31,374 nucleotides of DNA from a bacterium (GCA_030671645.1 DAOVHV010000001.1:1-31374), one strand, 5' to 3'; shown: positions 8,791-18,734, numbered from the stretch's first letter. Notes: a model not told the origin generated them from the letters alone. Numbers and translations are program-made.

Positions 8791-10971
8791 TTAGAACATC
8801 TGCCCAAATGCGAAATCAAAGACGGGGAGCCAAGTGAAATCCTCGTTCAAGATCCACACGAAATCGAGGCGTACGATAATTCCCGCCGCGTTGATTCCCA
8901 ACTCAAAACCAAATGACGAAAGAAAGTCCTCGAACCGGACGGTGCCCAGATCGAATCCAGCATCCCAGAACGTGGTCGCGTAGAGTCCTTCCACCAGCTC
9001 GAGCCGATACTCAACGTTGGCAAAGACGTATTGCCGGGTAGGGACTCCCGAGACCCCACGGATCGACGTAGGCCCTCCCAGCTCCGTCTGACGTGATGTC
9101 GGAAGCCGCTTGTCTCCCCATCCGACCTTAATTCGAATCCCCAGCGCCTGATCGATATCGGCAGCGACCAAAGGCATTGTCGTCGGTACGAAGTGCGTCC
9201 AAGTGAGATCCAATTTTGTGTATTCACGACCGGCACTAAATCCTCCCGCCTTCTCCAAACTCAGCCGACGCCGACTGCCTTCGGTTGGGAAGAACGGATC
9301 GTTGGTGTCGTCATAGACTAAGGCCAGGTTGATGACATCAGCCGGGGTCCAGTGCTCTTCGCTGGTCAAGTGTTCTTCTTCGTGGCGGTAAGCTATGCCG
9401 AGGTTGGAGTAGTCGGCCAACGGATAGCTGAACGATATTTCGGCCCCCAGCGTGATGTGCACGGCGGCGACTTCATCGACCGTCATTTCCTTGGTTTTCT
9501 GGTAAAGGTCGATGCCCACGCGATCGAATCCGGGGAAATAGGCAACCGTGCTGTAGCCCAGATTCCAGGAGCTTGGACTGGAGTCTTCCGTTCCCACCAA
9601 GCCTCGACTGTAACTTAGCTCCAAATCCTGCCCTGTGCCGAAGATGTTCTTCTCGTTCAGCGAAAGCTCCCCGAACAATTCTCCGGTCGAAGGATCGATA
9701 GCCATCGATCCTCCAAAACCACCCAGATCCGATTTTTCCGTCACAGTCAGCGTGATCTCCACGCCTCCATTCACCCATTCGGGAACGATATCCACGGATC
9801 CGAAGTATCCGAGCGACATCAATTGCTGATAGGACACGAGCAAGTCCTTGCGATTCAGCACCTTGCCCACCTCCAGCTCCGAATTTCGGATGATAACGTA
9901 GTCATGGGTTCGGGTATTGCCCTGTACAGTCACTTGGGAAATCTCACCTTCGGCGACCTTCAGTCGCAGCACGCCGTCTTCGATTGCAGATACGGAGAGC
10001 TCGACCATCGAGTAACCGCCCCGGACATATCGATCATGAACACCCTGCACCAACTCGAGCAACCCGAAGTTGTCGATGGAGTGATCCGGCAGTTCACCGA
10101 TCAAGCTCTCAAGAACTTCGGCCGGATAGATCGTGTTCCCTTCAACCTCGATAGAATCGATGGATTCAGGAGCCGCAAGCAAGGTTCGTTCCTCAAGCGT
10201 CCATCGAAGCCAGAACCGATCTCCCTCTAATCCCGCTTGGGTTGTATATTCTACGTTGGAGAAATAGACAGACTGGCTGAGGTTCGAGTACGCACCCGAG
10301 AAATCTTTCATCTGTAGAGGCTCATCAAGCGGAATCTCGATCATGTTTTCAGCGATAGATTCCGGCACTGTAGAAAGCCCCTCGATCAAATTTCCCGAGA
10401 ACTTCTGCTCGACAAACTCAATGCGCAAGGTCTCGGACAGATCGACATCGCCGATGGAGACCAGCACATACCCGTGCGTTGAGTACTCGGCTATCACTTC
10501 TTCCAGCCCCGTCATCAATGCTTGGGGATTGAGCACATCACGCTTGCGTACGTCATTTCGCCACAGGATTTGCCGAATCTTGTAGGACGACATAATAGGA
10601 GCATCGAACAGCTTGATTCCGAACAGGTAGTAATCGCGACGGTTGACGTTGCCTGTAATCACGATTTCCTGAATGACTGGGTTTTCGAACACTTGGAATA
10701 TTACGTCTCCGTTTTCCAGTGCATCGCGATCCAGCGTAACTTCTCCGAACCAGCCAAGATCGTAGATCGCTTGAGAGGCCGTTCTGAGGTCGGCTTCTTC
10801 AATAACATCCCCAACTTCGAAGTGAACGACCTCAAGAATGTCTCTCAGCTTGATTTCATCATTCCCCTCAACCGAGAGATCCAGAACAGTCAAGGGGTAC
10901 TGCTCCGCCCAACCGATCACCGATATCGCGATCAGGGCAATGAAAACCAACCCCGGGATCCTTCTCCTCAT
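8791..10971 (-). CDS. bamA: Omp85/BamA-family outer-membrane protein assembly factor
   Basis: Signal peptide; repeated POTRA starts (LSVEGN, IVITGN, IEVEGN, VTVQGNTRT); barrel with NIFGTGQ and GGPTSIRG (VRGF-like motif); C-terminal FDFAFGQMF. Confidence 0.85.
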   Translation of the reverse strand: MRRRIPGLVFIALIAISVIGWAEQYPLTVLDLSVEGNDEIKLRDILEVVHFEVGDVIEEADLRTASQAIYDLGWFGEVTLDRDALENGDVIFQVFENPVIQEIVITGNVNRRDYYLFGIKLFDAPIMSSYKIRQILWRNDVRKRDVLNPQALMTGLEEVIAEYSTHGYVLVSIGDVDLSETLRIEFVEQKFSGNLIEGLSTVPESIAENMIEIPLDEPLQMKDFSGAYSNLSQSVYFSNVEYTTQAGLEGDRFWLRWTLEERTLLAAPESIDSIEVEGNTIYPAEVLESLIGELPDHSIDNFGLLELVQGVHDRYVRGGYSMVELSVSAIEDGVLRLKVAEGEISQVTVQGNTRTHDYVIIRNSELEVGKVLNRKDLLVSYQQLMSLGYFGSVDIVPEWVNGGVEITLTVTEKSDLGGFGGSMAIDPSTGELFGELSLNEKNIFGTGQDLELSYSRGLVGTEDSSPSSWNLGYSTVAYFPGFDRVGIDLYQKTKEMTVDEVAAVHITLGAEISFSYPLADYSNLGIAYRHEEEHLTSEEHWTPADVINLALVYDDTNDPFFPTEGSRRRLSLEKAGGFSAGREYTKLDLTWTHFVPTTMPLVAADIDQALGIRIKVGWGDKRLPTSRQTELGGPTSIRGVSGVPTRQYVFANVEYRLELVEGLYATTFWDAGFDLGTVRFEDFLSSFGFELGINAAGIIVRLDFVWILNEDFTWLPVFDFAFGQMF

Positions 10972-11099
10972 CCCCAGTCCTCCTCTACCTCAAAGCAATA
11001 GACATCCAAAGACATTCTCCATGTTAAGGATTCCGCGTCAAGAATTGCACAACGATACCAGTTTCGTGTGAGGTTTTCATGAATGATTAGAGGCCTGAT

Positions 11100-12638
11100 C
11101 TAGAAGTCTGCAACCGCTTCTCCGGCCGTTCGCAATTGGATCGCCTCGGCAATGTGTTCGGCTCGGATCACGCTCGAATTCGCCAAATCAGCGATAGTGC
11201 GCGCCACCCGACGAATGCGAACATGGGCCCGCGCGCTGAGCCCGAATCGAGTTACCGCCCTCCGGAGCAATTGTTGAGCGCTCTCCTCCAAAATACAGTC
11301 GGTCTCCAGGCGCTCTCCATCAAGCTGTGCATTGGAATGGCAATCCTCGTCCTCCCTCATCCGATCCCACTGGATTTCACGAGCGCGAGCCACTCTGTCG
11401 TGGACGCGTGCTGATGACTCGGCAACGTGAGTCCCGAACAGATCGTCGGCCGGCACGCGAGGGACCTCGACGCATAGATCGATGCGATCCAAGAACGGAC
11501 CGGAAAGCCGCTTGCGATAGCGGCGGATATCGTGCATCGAGCAGGTGCAGGCCTGAATCGGGTCCCCGAGGAAGCCGCATGGGCAAGGATTCATGGCGGC
11601 AACAAGCGTAAATGCAGATGGAAATCGTACCGAGATCCCGGCGCGGGAAATGAGAATCGAGCGATCCTCCAGCGGTTGGCGCAGCGTTTCCAGGACCCGC
11701 CGATCGAATTCAGGAAGCTCGTCCAGAAACAAGACTCCATGATGGGCCAGACTGATCTCTCCCGGCCCGGGAACCCCGTGTCCGCCTCCCACCATGCCGG
11801 CATACGAAATGGTGTGATGCGGCGCCCGGTACGGGCGCCGCCATACTAGAGAGGCTCCACGCTCGAGCATTCCCGCCGTGCTGTAGATGCGCGTTACTTC
11901 CAGCGCCTCATGGAACGATAGCGCCGGAAGTAAATCGGGCATGCAGCGGGCAAGCAGACTTTTCCCCGAGCCTGGCGGTCCGATCATCAATAAGTTGTGG
12001 CCTCCGGCGGCCGCGACCTCCAGGGCACGTTTGGCTTGCAGCTGCCCGCGCACTTCGGCCAGTTCATGACGAAACGACGGCTGCTCCATGGAGCGCAGGG
12101 CATTCCGATCGACCGACACTGGCGCAATCGTAATCTCACGATTCAAGAAGCGCTGGACCTCGAGCAAAGTTTGCACCGGATATACGGGCTTGTCGGTAGC
12201 AACGGCCGCTTCGAGCGCGTTGTCCTGGGGAACAATCAGTCCATCGATTTCGTTTGACGTCTCGAGAGCAATGGGAAGTACACCACGCACGCCACGCACC
12301 TCTCCGTTTAAGGCAAGCTCCCCGAGCAACAGATTACGTTCCGTGGTTTCAGCGATCTGCCCAGTGGCAATGAGGATGGCAACGGCAATAGGCAGGTCGA
12401 AACCGACGCCCTCCTTTCTCAGATCCGCCGGCGCCAGATTGGCCGTAATTCGCCCGGCGGGGAAGCTAAATCCGGCGTTCTTGATGGCACTTCGAATACG
12501 TTCCCGGCTTTCCGCCACATCTTTCTACGGCAGCCCAACAATATTGAACGTGGGCAGCCCCCCGGATCAATCGCATTGAGTCTCGATCAGTCGCGCTTCG
12601 ATTCCGAGAACAACCCCACTCAATAAGCGTGCGAACAT
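11100..12638 (-). pseudogene. comM: ComM/YifB family AAA+ ATPase with two in-frame stops in the N-terminus
   Basis: From ATG 12638: MFARLLSGVVLGIEARLIETQCD*(TGA 12569-12567)SGGLPTFNIVGLP*(TAG 12527-12525)KDVAESRERIRSA. It continues in frame into the 472-aa track ORF with GPPGSGKS, HHGVLFLDELPEF, MNPCPCG, LDRID. Confidence 0.85.
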
Positions 12639-12976
12639 CAGTCCACGACCTGAAACGCATCCTGATAAAGACACACCTTTCCAGGTCGGACCGCGACAAC
12701 GTCAAAACGCATCGGCAACGCGCATTGCGTTACCTCCATGAACGAAAGCGCCGTTGAGATGATTCGACGCTGCTTGGCAGAATCGACAGCGGCTTCGGGC
12801 CCACCGAATCCATCACCCGAGCGGGCTTTCACCTCCACGAAAACCAGGATTCCTCCCTCGCGTGCGATGATGTCGACTTCCCCCATCCGAGTTCGCCAGT
12901 TTCGAGCGAGGATTCGATAACCCCGTTCCTTCAAGAACCGGCAAGCTTCTTCCTCTGACTCACCTCCATGCATCAA
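12638..12976 (-). CDS. yraN: YraN (UPF0102) PD-(D/E)XK nuclease
   Basis: GGESEEEACRFL, GYRILARNWRTRMGEVDIIA, VFVEVKAR, MRFDVVAV; TGATG coupling to comM. Start is TTG 12976 or ATG 12973. Confidence 0.93.
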   Translation of the reverse strand: MMHGGESEEEACRFLKERGYRILARNWRTRMGEVDIIAREGGILVFVEVKARSGDGFGGPEAAVDSAKQRRIISTALSFMEVTQCALPMRFDVVAVRPGKVCLYQDAFQVVD

Positions 12977-13003
12977 CGTCGATCACTCTCCTCCACTTTG
13001 GTT

Positions 13004-13033
13004 ATATTAACTTGGACGCCGCTTCCCTTTCAA
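13004..13033 (-). promoter_or_regulatory. Possible sigma70 promoter for yraN-comM
   Basis: Minus strand TTGAAA-N18-TAATAT in the AT-rich divergent intergenic region. Confidence 0.4.
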
Positions 13034-13048
13034 CTCTGTCCAGATGAA

Positions 13049-13077
13049 TTGCGAGCCGCCCTAACCGAAGATATACT
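13049..13077 (+). promoter_or_regulatory. Sigma70-type promoter for mtaD (and probably rpsO-pnp-pep-coaD)
   Basis: TTGCGA (13049-13054), 17 nt spacer, TATACT (13072-13077); RBS GAGGAG before ATG 13105. Confidence 0.65.
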
Positions 13078-13104
13078 TGTTCAAATCTAGAGAACGAGGA
13101 GTTC

Positions 13105-14382
13105 ATGGGAACGCTCATCCGGAACATCCGTCCGATCGGACCGTCCACTTCCACCATCAATTTGAGGTTTGAAGGAAGTCGCATTACGTCGCTGTCGACG
13201 TCCGAACTTGCCGCTCAAGATGGCGATATCGTGTTGGACGGCAGCGAGAAGCTGGCGACGTCGGGGTTCATCAACGCGCACACGCATCTTGCCATGGTGT
13301 TGTTTCGCGGATTAGCCGATGACGTTCCCCTTCAAGTCTGGTTGGAAGAACACGTGTGGCCCATCGAGCGGCAGTTGCAACCGGAAGACGTGTATTGGTG
13401 CACACTGTTGGGAATCGCCGAGGGCGTTCGATCCGGAACCACTGCATTCATCGACATGTACTTCCACTGCGATCAAGTCGCGCGCGCGGTCGAAGAGTCC
13501 GGCGTCCGCGCCTTGCTGTCCTACGGAATGATCGCGCCATCGCTTGAGGATCGCGGGACCTCGGAACTCGAGACATCAAAAGCCCTGATCAAGCAGTGGC
13601 ACGGACATGCCGACGGTCGCATTCGCGTCGCCCTCAGTCCCCACACCGTCTATACATGCGGAGAAGACGTGTGGCGCAAAGCAATTGAACTGGCACATGA
13701 ATTTGACGTTCCTCTGCATACACACGTGTCGGAAACGCGGTTTGAGGTCGAAGATTGGAAGGCGAAAACAGGGACAACTCCGGTGAAGTATCTGCATAGC
13801 ATCGAAGCCTTTTCGGTGCCCATGCTGGCCGCTCATTGCGTTCACGTGAACGAAGACGACATCGCCATTCTGGCCGATCACTCGGTTACCGTGGCCCATT
13901 GTCCCAAGAGCAACGCCAAGCTGGGAAGCGGCATTGCTCCTGTGCCGGCCATGAAACAGGCCGGCGTTTGCGTAGCTATCGGCACGGACGGAGCCGCCTC
14001 GAACAATCGACTGGACATGGTGGAAGAACTTCGAGCCACCTGGATGTTACAACGGGCGCATCACGAAGATCCGATGTGCCTGTCTTCACAAGAGGCCGTT
14101 GCCATGGCCGTGGGCGCCGCACGTGGCATCCTTGGGCTGCCCGAAAACGGACTCTCTGAGGGCGTGCCGGCTGACCTCGTATTGTTCGATACAGATCGAA
14201 TCCACACCACACCGCCTCACAACGCGGCCGCCATGCTGGCATATGCAGCCAATTCGGGAGACGTAACAGATGTCTATGTTGATGGACAAGCTCTTCTAAA
14301 AGGTGGAGAATTACGCACGATCGACGAAGAACGGGTAAAATCGGAAGTACGACGTCTGCTTCACAGGATCAAAAACAGGTAG
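13105..14382 (+). CDS. mtaD: Amidohydrolase, 5-methylthioadenosine/S-adenosylhomocysteine deaminase family
   Basis: GFINAHTHL (HxH), FRGLADD, SGTTAFIDMYF, SPHTVY, HTHVSET, AAHCVH, HCPKSNAKLGSG, GTDGAASNNRLD. Confidence 0.82.
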   Translation: MGTLIRNIRPIGPSTSTINLRFEGSRITSLSTSELAAQDGDIVLDGSEKLATSGFINAHTHLAMVLFRGLADDVPLQVWLEEHVWPIERQLQPEDVYWCTLLGIAEGVRSGTTAFIDMYFHCDQVARAVEESGVRALLSYGMIAPSLEDRGTSELETSKALIKQWHGHADGRIRVALSPHTVYTCGEDVWRKAIELAHEFDVPLHTHVSETRFEVEDWKAKTGTTPVKYLHSIEAFSVPMLAAHCVHVNEDDIAILADHSVTVAHCPKSNAKLGSGIAPVPAMKQAGVCVAIGTDGAASNNRLDMVEELRATWMLQRAHHEDPMCLSSQEAVAMAVGAARGILGLPENGLSEGVPADLVLFDTDRIHTTPPHNAAAMLAYAANSGDVTDVYVDGQALLKGGELRTIDEERVKSEVRRLLHRIKNR

Positions 14383-14438
14383 CCCCTTCTGGGAAAGCGG
14401 AACATCCCTTCCTCGGATTCGGGTGAAAAGGAGAAACC

Positions 14439-14711
14439 ATGGGACTTAGTCCGGACAGAAAAGCGGAGATTGTTAAGGAATTTGGCAAAGGCGACAACGA
14501 CACAGGATCAGCGGAAGTTCAAATCGCACTGCTGACAACACGAATTACGGAACTGACGGAACATCTGAACCAACACAAAAAGGACTTCAGCTCGCAACAC
14601 GGGCTACGAAAAATGGTCGGCCAGCGCCGACGATTGCTCAAATATGTCAAACGCCAAGACTTGGCATCCTATCGCCAGTTGATTGAGCGATTAGGAATCA
14701 GAGGAGTCTAG
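14439..14711 (+). CDS. rpsO: 30S ribosomal protein S15
   Basis: [43 protein letters not shown]; upstream of pnp as usual. Confidence 0.98.
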   Translation: MGLSPDRKAEIVKEFGKGDNDTGSAEVQIALLTTRITELTEHLNQHKKDFSSQHGLRKMVGQRRRLLKYVKRQDLASYRQLIERLGIRGV

Positions 14712-14718
14712 ACATTAC

Positions 14719-17421
14719 ATGTACATTCGAGAGAGTATTGATTTCAATGGTAAAGAACTGACTTTAGAGACAGGACAAATCGCAAGACAAGCAGGTGGAG
14801 CAGTACTGGTCGCACACGGGGACTCGCACGTATTGGTCACCGTGGTGACCGCGGAACCCAGACGAGACATCGGATACTTCCCGCTACGCGTGGATTACGA
14901 AGAGCGATTCTACGCGGCCGGAAAGATCCCAGGAGGGTTTTTCAAGCGGGAAGGCCGTCCCAGTGACGCCGCCATCTTGACGGGGCGCATGATCGACCGC
15001 CCCATCCGCCCTTTGTTCCCCAAGGGATACAACGACGAAGTGCAGATCGTGGCGATGGTGCTGTCGGCTGATCCGGACTGCCCACCCAATATATTGGGCA
15101 TCCTTGGCGCATCGGCGGCCTTGATGATTTCGGACGCACCGTTCCAAGGCCCGATCGCCGGCGTACGCATTGGCCGGGTAGACGGCCAGTTCGTCATCAA
15201 TCCGGATCTAGAAACCCAGGTAACCTGCGGCGTTGAGATCACGGTGGCCGGCACCAAAGACACCGTCACCATGGTCGAGGGCATGCTGAATGAGCTATCC
15301 GAAGACGAGGTCGTCGAGGCCATCGAAATCGCGCACGCCGCCATCCGTCAACTAATCGGCCTTCAAGAGCAGTTCGCCGCGCGTGTGAACCCGGTCAAGA
15401 AGGAAGTCCCGGAACAAGCACCCGAGGACGAGTCCACACTCACGCAGGTGCGCGACATTGTGTGGAGCCAGTTCTCCGCCATCCATACGCTTCCTACCAA
15501 GAAGTCCCGTGACGAATTCATGCGTGGCTTGCGAGAACAGGCAATCGAGCGACTGGTGCCCGATCATCTCAATCTCACTGAGGAAGAAAGTGCAGAACGG
15601 ACCGAAACCGTCTCCAAAGCGGTGGAAACACTGCTCAAGGAATACATGCGACAGGAGATCCTTGAACGTGGCATCCGTCTGGACGGTCGTCGTCCCGAGG
15701 AGATCCGATCCATCAACTGCGCCGTCGGCGTACTGCCGCGGGCGCATGGGTCGTCGCTGTTCACGCGTGGCGAAACGCAGAGCTTGGGTATCATCACGCT
15801 GGGTGCCACACGCAGCGACGAGCAAATCATCGACCAGATGATGTTCGACGGCCGCAAGCGGTTCATGTTGCATTACAACTTCCCGCCGTTCTCGGTTGGC
15901 GAAGTGGGACGCATCGGATCGCCGTCCCGCCGTTCGGTGGGACACGGCTACTTGGCCGAGAACTCGCTTAAAGCCGCCATGCCGTCCGAAGAAGACTTCC
16001 CGTACGTCGTGCGCATCGTGTCGGAGATCCTGGAATCGAACGGATCCTCGTCGATGGCCACGGTGTGCAGCGCGTCGATGGCCATGATGGACGCCGGCGT
16101 GCCGCTCAAACGACCCGTCGCCGGCATCGCCATGGGACTCATCGAGGATCCAAACACACAGCAGCGCGTTATCCTGACTGACATCCAAGGCGCCGAGGAC
16201 CATTTCGGCGACATGGATTTCAAGGTCGTTGGAACGCGAGAAGGAGTCACTGGCTTCCAATTGGACGTCAAAGTTGGCGGCATCGACAGCGCTACCATGA
16301 AGTTGGCGCTGGAGCAAGCCAAGCGCGCACGCTTAGCCATCCTTGATGAGATGGATCGCGCCATTGCCGAGCCGCGGGAAGAGCTGTCACCGTACGCACC
16401 CAAACTCGCCACGATCGAGATTCCCACCGAGAAGATCGGTGCGGTCATCGGTCCTGGTGGCAAGATGATTCGCAGGATCGTCGAAGAAACCGGAGCCGAG
16501 ATCGACATCTCCGACGACGGAACCGTCAAGATCGCGGGACCGAACTCGGAAGCCGTCTATGCAGCTCAGGAATGGATCGAAGACCTGACCAGCGAACTCG
16601 AAACGGGCACTGTGATGAAGGTCAAGGTGACACGCATCGTCGATTTCGGCGCCTTCGTGGCCTTGAAGAACGGATCGGAAGGCTTGGTACATGTTTCAAA
16701 CCTGGCGTCCGGATACGTGGACAACGTTCGTGACATTGTCAGCCCCGGCGATGAGATCACCATCGAGGTCATCGGTGTCGACAAGATGGGACGTCCCGAT
16801 CTCAAGAAGATCGATGGCGATGGTGATGCCAAGCCTAGGACCCCAAGGGGTGGAGGTAGCGAACAACGCGAAAGCGCCTCCGCTGAGAGATCGGCGCCCA
16901 AGGTGGAGGTTCATGTCGGCGACATCATCGACGGTACGGTCACCAACACGACTGACTATGGCGCGTTCGTGGAAATTGCTCCCGACGTCACCGGATTGGT
17001 GCACATCTCCGCGTTGTCCGACGAGTACGTCCGCCGCGTCACCGACGTCGTCAAGCCGGGCGACCCGATCAAAGTGGAAGTCTTGAACATCGACGACCGC
17101 GGTCGCTACAAGCTGCAACGCATCGTACCGGAATCGGAGAAGAAGCCGATCGAGGACGTAGAAACCTCGGCGGAAGAAAGCGAAGGTGGCGAGGGCGAAC
17201 AGCCTACGACCGTTCAGTCTGAGGTTACTCAGCCTACGCCAGCTCAATCCGAGACCGTCCAGCCCGAACCCGAGCAACCGGAACCGACACCACAGCCCGA
17301 ACCCGAGCAGCCCGGACCCGAGCAATCCAAGCCGGCTCAGCCTGAGACCGTTGATGAACCTAAAATCGCTGAAGAGCCGACTCCCGACGAGGAGCCGGCG
17401 GAATTCGAGGACCGTTGGTAA
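14719..17421 (+). CDS. pnp: Polyribonucleotide nucleotidyltransferase with KH, two S1 domains and an acidic Pro/Glu-rich tail
   Basis: ETGQIARQA, FFKREGRP, RAHGSSLFTRGETQ, HYNFPPFSVGE, ESNGSSSMA, DHFGDMDFKV, KH (GAVIGPGGKMIR), two GAFV...GLVH[VI]S S1 repeats. Confidence 0.97.
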   Translation: MYIRESIDFNGKELTLETGQIARQAGGAVLVAHGDSHVLVTVVTAEPRRDIGYFPLRVDYEERFYAAGKIPGGFFKREGRPSDAAILTGRMIDRPIRPLFPKGYNDEVQIVAMVLSADPDCPPNILGILGASAALMISDAPFQGPIAGVRIGRVDGQFVINPDLETQVTCGVEITVAGTKDTVTMVEGMLNELSEDEVVEAIEIAHAAIRQLIGLQEQFAARVNPVKKEVPEQAPEDESTLTQVRDIVWSQFSAIHTLPTKKSRDEFMRGLREQAIERLVPDHLNLTEEESAERTETVSKAVETLLKEYMRQEILERGIRLDGRRPEEIRSINCAVGVLPRAHGSSLFTRGETQSLGIITLGATRSDEQIIDQMMFDGRKRFMLHYNFPPFSVGEVGRIGSPSRRSVGHGYLAENSLKAAMPSEEDFPYVVRIVSEILESNGSSSMATVCSASMAMMDAGVPLKRPVAGIAMGLIEDPNTQQRVILTDIQGAEDHFGDMDFKVVGTREGVTGFQLDVKVGGIDSATMKLALEQAKRARLAILDEMDRAIAEPREELSPYAPKLATIEIPTEKIGAVIGPGGKMIRRIVEETGAEIDISDDGTVKIAGPNSEAVYAAQEWIEDLTSELETGTVMKVKVTRIVDFGAFVALKNGSEGLVHVSNLASGYVDNVRDIVSPGDEITIEVIGVDKMGRPDLKKIDGDGDAKPRTPRGGGSEQRESASAERSAPKVEVHVGDIIDGTVTNTTDYGAFVEIAPDVTGLVHISALSDEYVRRVTDVVKPGDPIKVEVLNIDDRGRYKLQRIVPESEKKPIEDVETSAEESEGGEGEQPTTVQSEVTQPTPAQSETVQPEPEQPEPTPQPEPEQPGPEQSKPAQPETVDEPKIAEEPTPDEEPAEFEDRW
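17260..17324 (+). repeat. Three near-identical 17-bp copies (CAGCCCG[A/G]ACCCGAGCA) encoding QPEPEQ-type repeats in the PNPase tail
   Basis: Copies at 17260-17276, 17293-17309 and 17308-17324. Confidence 0.85.
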
Positions 17422-17439
17422 TCTGCGAAGTCCGCACCT

Positions 17440-18693
17440 ATGCAAGTTCGTGAACTTTACACCAACGCAACCGAAGCGACACTGAACAACGGACTGCGGA
17501 TCCTCGTAGAGGAGGTTCCGCGGTCTCGTTCTGTTTCCACTGGTATCTGGATTCGGGCCGGCAGTCGAGACGACCCCGAGCATCAACAGGGGCTGGCACA
17601 TTTCATAGAACACGTGGCGTTCAAGGGCTCGCCCACTCGCGACGCTCGTGCCATTTCGCACGAGATCGATGCCGTGGGCGGACATCTAAATGCCGCCACC
17701 GCCAAGGAAATCACCTTCTACTACGCCGACGTACCGGCCGATGGTTTGGCAACAGCCTTGGACATCCTGGCCGACCTATCGTTGAATCCGAAGTTCGATT
17801 CGTCTGACATCGATCTGGAACGCAACGTCATCCTGGAAGAGATCCGGGGACATGAGGACGATCCGGAGCAAATGGCCTATGACCTGTTCAGCCAAGGATT
17901 ATGGGCGGATCGACATCCGTTCTCGCGATCCGTGGTGGGAACGCGACCTGCCATCGACGCCGTTCAACCGACAGACATTCGTGCATTCCATCAAGCGCTA
18001 TATCAACCCGACAATATGATTCTGGCCGTATGCGGCGCCGTCGATGCCGAGGGGGTAATTCGGCTCGCCAAGGAGTTCTTCGGCGTCAAGGCAGCCGACG
18101 AGCAGCAGGTCCCGCAAAGAGCGGCTCCCGTCTTCCAAACCGGGACTGCTCATCACGAGCGCCCTACCAGCATGACGCACATCTACGTGGGAACCGATGC
18201 GCCCAACGCCGCTCACGACGATCGAATTGCGTTAGAGGTCGTCAACTCGATCCTCGGAGACGGAACCAGTTCGCGCCTGTTCCATTCCATCCGTGAGACC
18301 CGAGGATTGGCCTATGCCGTCACCAGCTATATCAACAGCTTCTCAGACGGAGGCCTGTGGTTGACCTATGCCGGTGTCACTCCCAAGAATTCCGAGACAG
18401 TCATCGAGCTGATCCGCGCCGAATTCGATGGGCTGCTGTCCCAGCCCATCCCGGAAGACGAACTGAATCTCGCCAAGGCCAAACTTCGTGGCCATTTGAT
18501 CTTGGGGTTGGAAACTAACGGACATCGCGCCTCTCGGTTGGCCAACGCCGTGCTGCAACAACGCGACATCCTGTCTCCGGACGAGATGTTGGCACGCCTG
18601 GATGCCGTAACTTGTGACAGCGCCCACGAAGTCCTGTCGAAGTACCTCCAACCGGATCGACTGAACATCACCACGGTGGGCCCTTCCACATAG
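17440..18693 (+). CDS. M16 family (inverzincin) zinc peptidase
   Basis: AGSRDD...GLAHFIEHVAFKG (HxxEH), LNAATAKE, ERNVILEE, SSRLFHSIRETRGLAY; conserved position after pnp. Confidence 0.92.
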   Translation: MQVRELYTNATEATLNNGLRILVEEVPRSRSVSTGIWIRAGSRDDPEHQQGLAHFIEHVAFKGSPTRDARAISHEIDAVGGHLNAATAKEITFYYADVPADGLATALDILADLSLNPKFDSSDIDLERNVILEEIRGHEDDPEQMAYDLFSQGLWADRHPFSRSVVGTRPAIDAVQPTDIRAFHQALYQPDNMILAVCGAVDAEGVIRLAKEFFGVKAADEQQVPQRAAPVFQTGTAHHERPTSMTHIYVGTDAPNAAHDDRIALEVVNSILGDGTSSRLFHSIRETRGLAYAVTSYINSFSDGGLWLTYAGVTPKNSETVIELIRAEFDGLLSQPIPEDELNLAKAKLRGHLILGLETNGHRASRLANAVLQQRDILSPDEMLARLDAVTCDSAHEVLSKYLQPDRLNITTVGPST

Positions 18694-18734
18694 CCTATTG
18701 CTCTCCCGAATTCCGGAGAGTACCATGAGGCATC

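Noticed and set aside
11100-12518. Magnesium chelatase annotation
   Set aside because: Motifs and yraN linkage fit the ComM/YifB family; no tetrapyrrole context.
12567-12569. Selenocysteine at the comM TGA
   Set aside because: Not a catalytic Cys position, no convincing SECIS-like hairpin, and a second stop (TAG) follows 14 codons later.
15352-17685. Long minus-strand ORFs (321, 193 and 329 aa) opposite pnp
   Set aside because: Shadow ORFs of a GC-rich conserved gene; no recognisable motifs.
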